64,000 bases of DNA from the human T2T-CHM13v2.0 reference genome, Homo sapiens: the NCBI RefSeq assembly GCF_009914755.1, contig NC_060925.1; one strand, written 5' to 3'. The notes under the pieces are model-generated. The model saw only the letters and a program-made list of their open reading frames with translations. It was not told the origin of the DNA and searched no databases. Below, piece by piece: positions 40,776 through 54,213 of this stretch. The position numbers were made by a program, and so were the translations under genes. Every line of letters starts with the position of its first letter. Positions within the stretch are counted from its first letter, which is position 1.

Positions 40776-40873
40776 ATATATCATATATATCATATATTCA
40801 TATATATATATATTATATATATGATATATATGATATATTATATATATATATATATATATAAAAAATATATATA
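40776..40873. repeat. Interrupted (TA)n microsatellite, about 100 bp
   Basis: Direct inspection. Confidence 0.95.
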
Positions 40874-41160
40874 TTCATCCATTCAGTATTTTCAACTAGG
40901 GAGAGATTTGTAAGAAAGACCTGAGATGGTCTCAATGCCTTTTCCTCTTTTGCATCAATTATATTATTGATGAAGAAGTATTATATCCCTCAAATGCTGT
41001 GAGGTAAGATTTTTTTTTAAAAAAGGAAAATTACTGCTTAATTGAATAAGATTCCAGAAAACAAGTATATCACCAATTTTGAGTAGAATGTTCCAGAAAC
41101 ATACAAGATCTTTATGTTCATTCTAAATTACTTAAAACATATAGGTCTTGCAGGCACTCC

Positions 41161-41265
41161 CAATCATTCGTTCATTCACTTTCTAAACAGATAGTTATTG
41201 ATTAGCCAGGTTTGTACTAGACTATGGGTATACATAAGGGGATATAATAGTGAGTGAAAAAACAT
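41161..41265 (-). mobile_element. L2 3' end fragment
   Basis: cattcgttcattcac...ttattga...ccaggtttgtactag...ggggatataatagtgag matches the antisense L2 tail. Confidence 0.6.
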
Positions 41266-43021
41266 AATTATCTAATATTATCATAATTTTCCAATGCTAT
41301 TTGCCTTTGAGGTGTATTCTACTAATGTAAAGAGGATGCAATCATAAAACTATAAGAAACACTGTTAAAAAAAAGCACATAATTAATATGTGCATGGAGC
41401 ATACATTCATGATTAGAGAGACATATATTTTACGTGTGAAGAAGCAAAACAACATTGTAGAGTTTCACCATTGATGTTCCTTAAATGTCCACCATTTATA
41501 GCTAAGCTGTTTAGATTTTGAACACTTTTCCCAAAGACACAATCTCACTTCTCTAATGAATGTCCAAATTTCAGAGACAAGAAAGAAGGAAGTGTAGTGT
41601 GGAACAGGGTCTAGTGGAACTCCATACTTCAAAGGGAGAAATCTGTCTTCTTTTGAAATATCTTCTTGCTTCCCTGACTGTACCCCCATGTATCTTAAAA
41701 CCAACATAAAGATTTTTCTCTGATTTCCTTGCAATATCTCTCCCTTTAGAAAATTACAAGAGGAGATTTGATCTTGGTCTTTCATCCAAATATAGATATG
41801 CAACTCAGTCTCCAGGGCTTGCATTGTCCTTCCATATTCTGGATACCTTACCTATGTACTTGCAACAGAAACCCTTGTTAAAAGCATGTCAGTCATGCAG
41901 TTGTCAGATTTAACAAGGAACTGTTTGGAAGACATCTGAAGTATTTCCTTAATAATAATGAATCTGGAGTTTTATAAAGAGTGAGGTTTTAAAAAAATGT
42001 CTACCTGGCCCTCAAAGGGAAAAAAATTCAGTGAAATTACATACTATAAGACCTCCTTAAATATCTGGGATAAGATAACACTAATACATGTCAATTATCT
42101 GAATAGTAAGTAGAAAGATATGCTCAAAAAATGCATCCTCAGAGTCAACTATCATTTCTATTGTGTGTGTTCTTCTGACTTCATTAAAGTATTCCCATGT
42201 AGTTTTATTTTTATTCCAAGTACATTAATCATTTAGAGTTTACTTCAAGTGAATTGAGTTGTTGAACAGCATTTTTGTTACTTGTGAACACTAAATGTAA
42301 TAGCAGAAAATAGAGTTTGCAAGATGGTGTGAAACAGAATTTTGTTTAGGGCACTGAAGCAATCATGTGCAAACTTAAAGTTGACAAGTGAATGTGCATG
42401 CATCTTGCTTTTCTACATTGTTTTTGTCCACTCGATGAAATGGGTTGTTTTGGTGTTAAGTATGGTTGGACTAGGGGGTAGAGATTGCATTTTTGCCCCT
42501 CCATAGGTAAGCGGCATTTAGTTGTATAAGACACATCTCACAAGACAGTTGATATCCTAGGATAATTGTTTTGACACTGTTTCTCTGCATGATTCCACTC
42601 CAATCTTTATCTCTACCTTCATTATTTTTCCTTATTTTCTTTACTCAGAATTATCATAAAGCAATACTACTAACATGTCATTCTACTGATTTTCTTAAAA
42701 TATTTTTTTCTTGGTGATTGACACTCCAATTAGGGCTTCTTTTTACTAACTCCATCCATATGGAAGAACTCCATCTGCTGTGACCTATTGTTTTGGATAT
42801 GAATTACATACCTTATAGTTTTTCTTTAAAAGTTAAAGGACATTATTGAGCAGCATTCTCAGAGTTTCCTCTGTTTTCACATGCTGTGTGATTTCTCTCC
42901 TCTTTTCTTTTGGCTGTTGTGGTGGTGGGGCAGGGGGAGTGAGATGTCTTCACAATACTATATTTTCACTATACTATATTTTTGGGCAAAAGCACGTTCT
43001 TTCACTGTGTCAATAGCAACA

Positions 43022-43641
43022 CAGGTTGAGCCTCTTCAATTCAAAAGTTAAAATCTGAAATGCCCCAAATGCACTGAAATAATGCCACAAGTGTACAATA
43101 ACTTTTTAATTAAACACAACATCTTAAGTGGAGCCAGAAAGCCTGCCATCGTCTGTTGTTGTTTAAGAGCGATGCAGGTATTCTGGTGATACTGCTGTGC
43201 TGCTCCATTACCCTGAACACATTATTTTTCACTCTATTAATGCCATGTCATACTTTTTTTACTGGTAAGTACTCTATATGAGTAAGTGTAAGAAAATGAT
43301 TTCTTCTCCGTAGCTTGTAAATTTAGAGTTAGAAATGATGGTGATGCCAACCAACCACAGATTGCCCACATGGGTGGCTGGATGATGACACCTTCACTTT
43401 GCAATGGTCCCATATACACAAACTTTGTTTCATGCACAAGTTTTTTTTTAATATTGTGTAAAATTATCTCCAGGCCATATTTATAAGATATACATGAAAC
43501 ATAAATAAATTTTGTGTTTAGACTTGGGTTCCATCCCCAAGATATCTCTTTACATATATGCAAATATACAAAAATCTGAAAAGAATCAAATTCAGATACA
43601 TTTCAGGTCTTAAGTATGTTGAATAAGCGTTACTCAACCTC
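43022..43641. mobile_element. Tigger4 (Zombi/MER46-family) internally deleted TcMar DNA transposon
   Basis: Terminal inverted repeats caggttgag.../...ctcaacct(c) followed by TA; aaatctgaaatgccccaa; ttttgtgtttagacttgggttccatccccaagatatctc. Confidence 0.85.
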
Positions 43642-44053
43642 TATTGTATCTGTAAAGCTGATTTAATTTGCTGTTTTAACACCTCAGTAGGTTGCCTAAG
43701 TGCACACAGCAAATGCCATTTACAGGTAATCACATAATTAAGTGGCTACATTAATAAGTAGAATCTATAGTGAAATTTTGGGGAAGGTTGCATTTCCTAC
43801 TATGCCTTGATGTACAATTGCTTTCAAAATCATAGGGACTATATTCTCTTCATTGACCTACATACACTTATAATAAATGAATTTTGGTTGTGTCTGACTT
43901 AGCCCATCTCTTTTACTATAAGGAAACAGCACAATGTGTATTTGTTGTGTATGCACATATGTGCGTCTTTGTGTTTGTATGTATCGGGCATAAGTCATAT
44001 AAGGCAATAAAAATTTTATTTTAAAAGTAAAAATTTAGATGTATATGTGTTCA

Positions 44054-46259
44054 TTTATTAGTTCGTTTTCATGCTGCTTATAAAGACATACCCGAAACTG
44101 GGAACAAAATGAGATTTAATTGGACTTACAGTTCCACATGGCTGGAGAGACCTCAGAATCATGGCAGGCAGTGAAAGGCACTTCTTACATGGCAGCAACA
44201 AGAGAAAAACGAGGAAAAAGCAAAAATGGAACCCCTGATAAACCCATCAGATTTCGTAAGACTTATTCACTATCACAAGAATAGCAAGGAAAAGGCCAGC
44301 CCCCATGATTCAACTACCTACACCTAGGTCCCTCCCAGGACACATGGGAATTCTGGGACATACCATGCAAGTTGATATTTAGGTGGGGACACAGGCAAAC
44401 CATATCATTTCACCCCTGGCCCCTCCAAATCTCATGTTCTCATATTTCAAAACCAATCATGCCTTCCAACATTCCCCTAAAGTCTTAGTATTTCAGCATT
44501 AATCTAAATGTCCACAGTCCAAAGTCTGACTGAGACAAGACAAGTCCCTTCCTCCTGAGCCTGTAAAAATCAAAAGCAAGGTACTTACTTCCTAAATACA
44601 ATGGGGTTGCAGGTATTGGGTAAATATAGCAGTTCCAAATGGGAGAAATTGGCCAAAACAAATGGGTTACAGGGCCCACACAAGTCTGAAATCCAGCGGG
44701 GCAGTCAAATTTTAAAGCTCTAAAATGATTTCCTTTGACTCCAGGTCTCACATCCAGGTCACACTGATGCAAGAGGTGGGTTCCCATGGTCTTGGGTGGC
44801 TCCACGCCTGTGGCTTAGCAGGGTACAGCCTCCCTCCTGGTTGCTTTCATGGGCTGGCATTGAGTGTCTGTGGCTTTTCCAGGTGCATGGTGCAACCTGT
44901 TGGTAGATCTACCATTCTGGGGTTTGGAGGATGGTGACCCTCTTCTCACAGCTCCACTAGGCTGTACCACAGTAGAGACTCTGTGTAGGGGCTCAGACTC
45001 CACATTTCCCTTCTGCACTGTCCTAGCAGAGATGCTCCACGAGGACCCCGCCCCTGCAGCAAACTTTTGCCTGGGCATCCAGGCATTTCCATACATCCTT
45101 TGAAATCTAGACGGAGGTTCCCAAACCTCCAATTCTTGACCTGTGCACCCGCAGGCTCAACACCACATAGAAGCTGCGAAGGCTTGTGGCTTCCACCCTC
45201 TGAAGCAACAGCCTGAGCTCTACATTGGCCCCTTTCAGTGATGGCTCGAGTGGCTGGGACCTAGGGGTCTAAGTCTCTAGGTCGTGAAGTTTTCTGATAT
45301 AGCCTAGAGACATTTTCCCCATGGTGTTGGGGACTAACATTAGGCTCCTTGTTACTTATGCAAGTTTCTGCAGCTGGCTTGAATTTCCCCTCAAAAAAAA
45401 ATGGGTTTTTCTTTTCTACTGCATCATCAGGCTGCAAATTTTCTGAAATTTTATGCTCTGTTTCCCTTTTAAAATGGAAAGCTTTTAACAGCACCCAAGT
45501 CACCTTTCAAATGCTTTGCTCCTTAGAAATTTCTTCCGCCAGATACCCTAAATCATCTCTCTCAAGTTAAAGTTTCCACAAATCTCTAAGGCAGGGGCAA
45601 AATGCCGCCAGTCTCTTTGATAAAACATAACAACAATCACCTTTGCTCCGGTTCCCAACAAGTTCCTCAGCTCCATCTGAGACCACCTCAGGCTGGACCT
45701 TATTGTTTATATCGCCTTCAGCATTTTTGCAAAGCCATTCAACAAGTTTGTAGGAGGTTCCAAAGTTTCCCAAATTTTCCTGTCTTCTTCTGAGCCCTCC
45801 AAACTGTTCCAGCCTCTGCCTGTTATCCAGTTCCAAAGTCACTTCCACAGTTTCAGTTATCTTTTCAGCAACCCCCCTGCAACTTTACTGGTACCAATTT
45901 ACTCTATTAGTTCACTTTCATGCTGCTGATAAAGACATACCAATAACTGGGAACAAAAAGATATTTAATTGGACTTACATTTCCACATGGCTGGGGAGGC
46001 CTCAGAATCATGGCAGGATGCGAAAGACACTTCTTACATGGGGGGCAGCAAGAAAAAAAGTGAGGAAGAAGCAAAAGCGGAAACCCCTGATAAACCCATC
46101 AGATATCGTGAGACTTATTCACTATCACGAGAATAGTATGGGAAAGAACAGTCCCCATGATTCAACTACCTCCCCCTGGGTCCCTCCCACTACATGTGGG
46201 AATTCTGGGAGATATAATTCAAGTTTAGATTTGGGTGGGGACACAGCCAAATCATATCA
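44054..46259 (-). mobile_element. Complete THE1C MaLR element: LTR 44054-44407, internal region 44408-45902, LTR 45903-46259
   Basis: Two approximately 355-bp direct LTRs with THE1C motifs (gggaacaaaa...ttggacttac, acccctgataaacccatcagat); THE1-int between them; perfect 5-bp TSD gttca (44049-44053/46260-46264). Confidence 0.95.
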
Positions 46260-46473
46260 GTTCATAAAAAGAATCTGCATTGAGATTTCTGAAATTGTAA
46301 AGCAGACGAAGAAGCTTCTTAAAATCTTCCGTTCTATGTCATATGCTATTATACACTAAATTTAAAATAGACATTGAGATATAGTCTGTTTTAACACATA
46401 CATTTCTCAAGGAACCATGAAGCACAATCAATTAATTCAATCTATAAAGTTAGTATATTAAATCCACCAAGTA

Positions 46474-46807
46474 GGCCGGGTGCAGTGGCTCATGCTTGTA
46501 ATCCCAGAACTTTGGGAGGCTGAGGTGGGCAGATCACCTGAAGTCGGGAGTTCGAGACCAGACTGACCAACGTGGAGAAACCCCACCACTACTAAAAATA
46601 CAAAATTAGCCGGGCATAGTGGCACATGACTGTAACGCCAGCTACTCAGGAGGTGAGGCAGAAGAATCGCTTGAACCTGGGAGGCGGAGGTTGTGGTGAG
46701 CCGAGATGTTGCCATTGCACTCCAGCCTGGGCAACAAGAACAAAACTCTGTCAAAAAAAAAAAAAAAAAAAAAAGAAAGAAAGAAAGAAAAAAGAAAGAA
46801 AAAAAAA
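46474..46807 (+). mobile_element. AluSp
   Basis: gtcgggagttcgagaccagactgaccaacgtggagaaacc, gccattgcactccagcctgggcaacaaga; degenerate TSD aaatccaccaagta/aaaaacaccaagga. Confidence 0.92.
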
Positions 46808-48399
46808 CACCAAGGACAAGTATCCTTATATAGTAAGTTTAAGATGAGACCAGTTTATAACTTGAATATCAGACTTATGTTGAAAAAGCCTGTCACACAT
46901 ATCTTCATGTTGTTGTCTTCACATATCACTATTCCGAATCCCTTCCTAATTTGCCTAGTAGCAATTCATTTTATGGGCATTAAATTTCCAAAACTGAGTG
47001 TCTTAAGACAAAGATTTTGCAGACTTTCTCTGCCATTCATTTATTATTCTTTAGTATTAATTTGAATCACCACCAATCCTGCCACCTGTCATGAAGCACA
47101 GTCTTTCAAACTACAAATATACTATGAATTTGTAACTGTCACATATTGACTTGGAAAGTAGAGTCATTTATCACTTCTTTTAAAAAGGAATATATAATAA
47201 AAGAGAAAATCTGGTTGAGATTTCCTCTTGAAGGTGTAAAGGTTAAGGGGCTACTATAGAAATTGTTGCTTCTACAATAAGTAAATACAACCATTGAAAA
47301 AATAAACTGAAATGAATTTGAGGAAGATATTTCTGATGACTCTTTGATGGTTGTCAAACCAAACTAAATGAGTTTACCTGGGATCTTAGCAAATATTAAA
47401 GATGATACATGAAAATACAGTGTCTGTTTCAAATCTTAAATTTTGAACAGTGACTTTTTTTTATGGTATTTGACTAGCAGCCACTTTGTAAAATGAATGG
47501 ATCTAGAGTATAACTGATTTTAATTTATGGAAAAGCCTGGACTTCTGTAGCCACACTGACCAGAAAGCTGTCAACAGTGAAGATTTGCTGGTGAATTTTA
47601 GGTTTTTAAAATATGCACATTTATATTACAGTCTATAATATGAGATTCCAGCATTTTACAAAGCCAAAAAATGGTAATTTTACTTATTCACATATTTTTT
47701 GCAATGTCATTCTACAACTTGAAAAACAAAAATATTATAATAACAACACAAAGCTTACATAATCACAATCTTCCTGACTCATCTTGCCTTTTGCTTGCTT
47801 GTTTTAGGTAATGGCCCAACAACAACTCCTTGGACTCCTTTAGCAATTGTTATTAAAAAATAAACAAATAAACAACAGAAAGGAAAAATGAAAAAAGAGA
47901 AAAATAACAGCCAAAGCCATCTAACTGACCCACCAAACATCGTCCTCATAGAATAATAATTTTAACAAATTTCGAGGAGGAATTTCTTACAATATAGAGA
48001 AACAAACAAGAAACGAAATGAAGAACAAAAGGTTTGCACAATGGTTTTCTCCTTATTTATTCTTTAATGCATAAATGTTTGCTTCTGGCAGTACATATTT
48101 ATTGATTTACTCATTTTAAATTTAATAAATATAATTTAGTTTAATAAATACTTAAATTATTAAATATACTTATTTAATCTACATAATATATTTTAGGCAT
48201 TATACTAATTTTAGGCATTATACTAAGCAACGGAGATATAATGTTTTTTGTTTTTGATTTTTTAAAGCAGATTTCCCTTTAAGGAATTTACACTCAATAG
48301 GTTTTTGGACAGATAAACAAGAAATGATAATACAATAGGATGCAAATTATGTATAGCGACACCCCCACATACATACACACATATACATGATAATCAATA

Positions 48400-50250
48400 A
48401 TAAAATATTAAAAACCCTTTAAAGTTAATGGTAAACACTTTAAAAGAATAAGGACACTTTACTCTCATTATTACTATGCAAAATTTACTGGAAGTTTCAG
48501 TCAATGCAATAAGAGAAGTCAACGGGAAATATAATAATTGTAAAAGACAAACAAAATTGCCATTTTCTCTGAGAATATAAAAATACTTCTATGATCTAAG
48601 AAAAAAATTGATTTCTTCAAAAGACAAAAATCAAGCAAATCATAAAAATTTTATAAATGTTTCCACATCATGAGTGTCTTTATATAATAAAAGGATCAAT
48701 TCATTCATAATATATAGTAATCCCAAAGATGTAGACACCTAATAGAATAGCCAAAATTGTATACATAAAATTAACAGAACAAGGTGAATTTGACATAGTA
48801 ATATTAAAGTAGAATATTTGGATTTGTTTCTCTTAATATGGATGCTCTATTAAAATAATAGATACAGAATTTTTGTAGAACAATTAATAGAATAGATTTG
48901 ATGAACACATATGGAATACTGCATACAACAGACAAGGATTACACATCCTACGCAAGCTTATATGAAGCAATTTTAAAATGATTACATATTAGAACTTAAG
49001 CATAAAATGGATCTAAAGAAATAGTAAAAATCATATTCTTTGACCATAATCTAATTAAATTAAAAAGTAAACAAATGAAAGGAATATTAAAATAATTATA
49101 CATTCAAAAATTAAAATAGTAATTAACAATATTTCGTTAAAGAAGAAACCATAATGGGGTTTTTCAAACACTTGTAATTAAATAACAAAAATACTACACA
49201 TAGAATGCTAATGAACTTAGTGAAAGTGATATTTGAAGAGGCATTTATTGCTTTAAGTAAATATACTGGAAGAAATACAAATCAAAACCACAGTGAGATA
49301 TCTTCTCACACCAGTCAGAATGGCTATTAATAAAAAGTCAAAAAACAAGAGTTGTTGTTGATAAAGCTGCACAGAAAAAGGAATGCTTATAGACTGTTGT
49401 TGCAAATGTAAATTTGTCCACCACTGTGGAAAGCAATCTGAAGATTTATCAAAGAACTTAAAACAGAGCTACCATTTGACCCAGCAATCCTACTCGGAAT
49501 TATATACCCAAAGGAAAATCATTCTACCAAAAATAAGCATGTACTTATATGTTCATAGCTGTTCTATTCAAATAGCAAAGATGTGGAATCAACCCAGGTG
49601 CCCATCAATGGTAGAATGGATAAAGAAAATGTGATACATTTACACCATGGAATACAACCATAAAAATATTTTCATAAAAAAAGAATGAAATTATGTCCTT
49701 TGCAGAAACATGGATGCAGTCAGGGGTCAAATCCTAAGTAAATTAACGCAGGGACAGAAAACTAAATACCATGTGTTCTTACTTGTAAGTGTGAGCTAAA
49801 CATCAGGCACACATGAACATCAATATGGAAACAATAGACACTGGAGATTACTGAGAGAAAGGGAGGTGTGGTTTGAAAAACTACATATTCGGTACTATAT
49901 TCACTACCTTGGTAATAGGATCCATACCCTAAACCTCAGCATCATGCATTGTTCCCATGTACCAAACCTGCACATGTACCCTCTGTATCTAAAATAAAAG
50001 TTCAATTAAAAAATTAAAGAACAAAAAGGCATCCAACTTAAGAAGTAAGAAAACAAAGCAAAGCTGCAAAGAAATAATTAATGAAATAGGAAACAAAGAC
50101 ATGATAGGGATGATCAATTATGCCCACAGATGGCTTCTTGAAAAGACTAATTCAGTGGAATAAAACTATAGTGAGATTTATCAGGAAAAAGGAGAAAAGG
50201 CACACACAAATACAAAAGCACACACTATTTAGAATGCAAAGTCTAAAATA
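48400..50250 (+). mobile_element. Very old L1M/L1ME ORF2 fragments, interrupted by a younger L1 3' end
   Basis: 48410-48600 resembles the RT-region nucleotides (ctggaagtttcagtcaatgcaataaga); 48660-49270 resembles the EN region (ataaaaggatcaattcat...cacctaatag); continues after 50020 (caacttaagaagtaagaaaa). Confidence 0.6.
49272..50019 (+). mobile_element. L1PA16/PA17/PB4-type 3' end
   Basis: aaatcaaaaccacagtgagata...gaaaatgtgatacat...aaacctcagcatcatgca...aaacctgcacatgtaccctctgtatctaaaataaaagtt. Confidence 0.85.
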
Positions 50251-50399
50251 ACACAGATATATTGTTTCCAAACTGTATCATGATAGCAGTATTTTTTAAA
50301 TACAAAGACCCAAGTTAAAAACTAAAATTTGGAGAAATATTATTATTATCATATGTTTGAATATATACAAATTTATATTGTGATTCTGGATGAAGATTT

Positions 50400-51140
50400 C
50401 AAAAAAGCAGTTAAATATATAGAACTGAAAGTCAGAATTTAGATAAGTGGTGGTGATGATACATGATAGAGTTAAATAATATGTATCTATTATCTATCTG
50501 TCTCTCTATATTAGTGTATAAATAGTGACTGAAACCACTCATATGAAAGAAATTATTCATAGACTCATTTAGAGTGAGAAGAAAATCAGACCTAAAAACA
50601 GAACCTGGATGAATAATAGCTTTTAAAAGATAAGTGGAAAAGATACTGAAGTAGACTAAGAAGAAAAAGGCAGAAGAATGGAATAAAATCTACTAACTCA
50701 CGGTAGCATGGAAACAAGAATAAAGGAATTCCAAGAAGAAAGGTGGTCTTGAGGTATGAAATTCTTATAATTTAAACAAACTAAGGGCTGAAAGTTGCTC
50801 ATTGATTAGTATAGTAGAAAGCAGATGGTACTCTCGGTGAAATAAGTTTCTGGGTAGTGATTGAAGTATATGTCATCTTATAAAAAAATTGACAAATAAA
50901 AGAGTGTTGAATGAGTGGAGACAGCAAATGTGAGTATCTCATTGCAGATGCGTGGGGAGATGTAACCTGGATAGATTTGGGCCTGAGAGACAATTGTTTT
51001 GTGAATTTGGTTGTGTTTACTTTTGGCAAGAGATGAGCATGTATACACGCCAATAGGTTTGATGCAATGAAGAGGGAGACAATTAAGACACAGAAGTGAA
51101 CATTTTAAGGGATGAGGTGAAGTTCCTGAGATGTCAGGAA
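50400..51140 (-). mobile_element. L2 fragment
   Basis: gtagactaagaagaa...gtagcatggaaacaagaa...ctaagggctgaaag...gagtgttgaatgagtggagacagcaaatg matches antisense L2 ORF2. Confidence 0.6.
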
Positions 51141-52599
51141 TGTATTTCAACCGAATTCACTAGACATTCAAATCAAGACCCCTCCCCAAATTTTCATTTT
51201 TTGTTTTATATTATTCTGGTCTCTGGTCCATGAATGGCTAATTGTTGTTGAGCCAGTGTTCTCAGAACCTCTTCCAAAATAAATTTCTGTTATCAGTGTA
51301 ACTCGGAAAGCTCTCACTTTCCTTCATGTCACAATGGGCTACATAAATTTCTAGAGCAAAAGCATTAAAAAAATCCTTTGAATGAGAACGATTCTAGGAA
51401 TGCCCAATGCAAGTACGAACTCACCAAATAGGAAATATTTTTAGCTGGTTCAAACATTAACAAAGTGTTAGAGACTGTACACTTCATGGAAAAAATTTTA
51501 CTTCACTCAGAATATGAACATGTGCATTCAAAGTTTATAAAGCACTTTATAATGACATATTCTTATTACATCTTAAGATCGTACATACCTTTAGGTTAAT
51601 ATTCTTTACACATGACTTACAGGGCAAATCTGAGCCTTGTTGCTTTGGAAGTTACTAAATGTCTACAGGTCACTGAGTACATCAATACATTAATACATTA
51701 TCCTTCAGGATGAAGGTCAGAAGTCACATTTGAACAGGGTAGATAAAAGATGAGACTATCATTAGAGGCAAGTCTATGAGTAAACTTATTGTTTGAATAC
51801 AATAGTAAATATAAATTACAATATATACAATGATACATATTATAGAAAAACTCTGCAAATTCTTGTCCCCTAGTGAAAAAAATACATGGTAGAAAATAGC
51901 AATCCTTAAATGAACTCTGTATTTAGTTTTCTTTTTATAATTCTGATTCTACTTTTTTTGCAACCATTTAAAACAGTTTCACGGTGTACCAGAAGTTCAT
52001 ACATCTCAATTACGCCTTGAGTACTTTCTAATTGTTCTAACCTTTTCATCATTGATAAAACCACTACGACTTTTATCCCACTAGTGGTTCCAAAAGCATC
52101 TCTCTTTAGTAATAAAACTGTTCACTTCAAATGTTAGCAGTTAAAGGACAATGAAAAATTAACTATTAACTTTAGAGGAAGAATCCCATCCTTCATAATA
52201 TGTCCAAATCACAAGTTAAGGAAAGCAATGTCATGAGTAGCCAAATCATATAACCTAGTGGCTTTGTCAATTATCCTAAGAACAATCAGATTTCAATTTT
52301 GAAATAATTAACATTTTGGCAAGGATGATATCTCTTTATAGCTAGTAATTTAATCATGACCCAAATTCTCAAAAAAAGATGCATTAATTATATTTGATTT
52401 ATAAGATATTTGGGCATTTTCACTTCTCAGGTTATTAATTGAAAATAAAATATGTATCTTCATTGTCCTATGATATAAAATATTTTTAACATTTACTGAA
52501 CCATGCAGAATCTATTCCAATATTAATAAAGCCAATTTAGGCTTTCAAGATCTTTACAGGCAGAATGATATATTGAATTTCAGAGAATAGACCTCAGAC

Positions 52600-52745
52600 A
52601 AATTTCCTATCTAAAATAAGCCTAGGTTTCCTTACCTGCAAAATGGGGATGACGACAAGTACTTCACAGACACTGAATGTGATCATAAAGGCAATGTGAC
52701 ATTGGTGTCTAACACACAGTTGTCCAATAGTGAGTAGCTATTAAC
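52600..52745 (+). mobile_element. MIR fragment
   Basis: aagcctaggtttccttacctgcaaaatggggatga...gtgtctaacacacagt...tagctatta. Confidence 0.7.
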
Positions 52746-53812
52746 ATGATACAACAAACATTAAATTGACAGGAAATATGGAGAAAAAGTAAGGAAGCAG
52801 GTCTCAATGAAATGTCACATTTGACTTATCCAAGAAACAGGGTGGTCTGCAACAATACTGGAAAGTAGTTGAAGTGTGCTTTTGATACTTCAACAGTTTC
52901 ACATACAAGAAAATGATCTAAGCCATAACATTTGAAAAAGGCCTACAACCTCTTACAAGAAGTTAACATGATTCTTCTGGAAGAACGGTACTATATTATA
53001 TGTGTATGCAATAGCATAGGAGTAAAATATTTTAGAAATTTTCACAGATGTAACGTGTTCTGACTCTATCTGTTTGAATAATCATTTTTATGCTTTTTAT
53101 GTACTATTATGAATAATCCTTTGGATTCCTGTTGTAAATCTTCAACTACTGAAATATAAAATCACTCTTCAGCTCTCAGCACTATTTTGGGGCTTGGGAG
53201 TCAACAAGGCTACCAGCTCCATTTCACAAGGTTTCAAAAAAATGTCTCAAAATATGTCTTGAACAAGAACACAAACCACATTTTTGAAAGCAGTAGAAAG
53301 AATCATCTAATTTCTATTAGTTTTACACTTCAAATGAACTTCACTGTTAAGCAAAATATTATTTTTCTAAGTGAGAGATTGACTTTTGTTGACAGAATTG
53401 TACTATCTATGGCAGATGCTATGCATACAAAATATTTCTTCAATAAATGCAAAGTTACATCTGTATTGCTATTTTTTGTCATTGCTGTTGCTACCATAGT
53501 CTTTTTTCATTCCTCAAACCAAGGAACTACAGTGTTTCTGTGATGGTCCTGCTTTCATTTCATAATTTCTGCCCAATGTAAAGCAGAATTGATAGACTAA
53601 AATACATGGAAGGGGAAAAGTTTCACACAAATACATAAATAAATTGATAAATGTTTTTCTTGTTTAATTTGAACACAAAATTTTTTGTATTACTGTCTGC
53701 TTTTTAAATATAAGAAAGAAATTATCTAAATCTCAATTCATGTGAAATTTCCTACCTTCCAGATTACTCATTCTATTCTATATATTAATAAAACAGGGCT
53801 TGCTTGTATGTG

Positions 53813-54213
<401 letters not shown>

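Noticed and set aside
41465-41824. 119-aa minus-strand ORF
   Set aside because: No recognisable homology or bounding splice signals; within chance expectation.
44485-46359. Cluster of 60-113 aa ORFs
   Set aside because: All lie within THE1C internal or LTR sequence; fragmentary, with no intact MaLR ORF.
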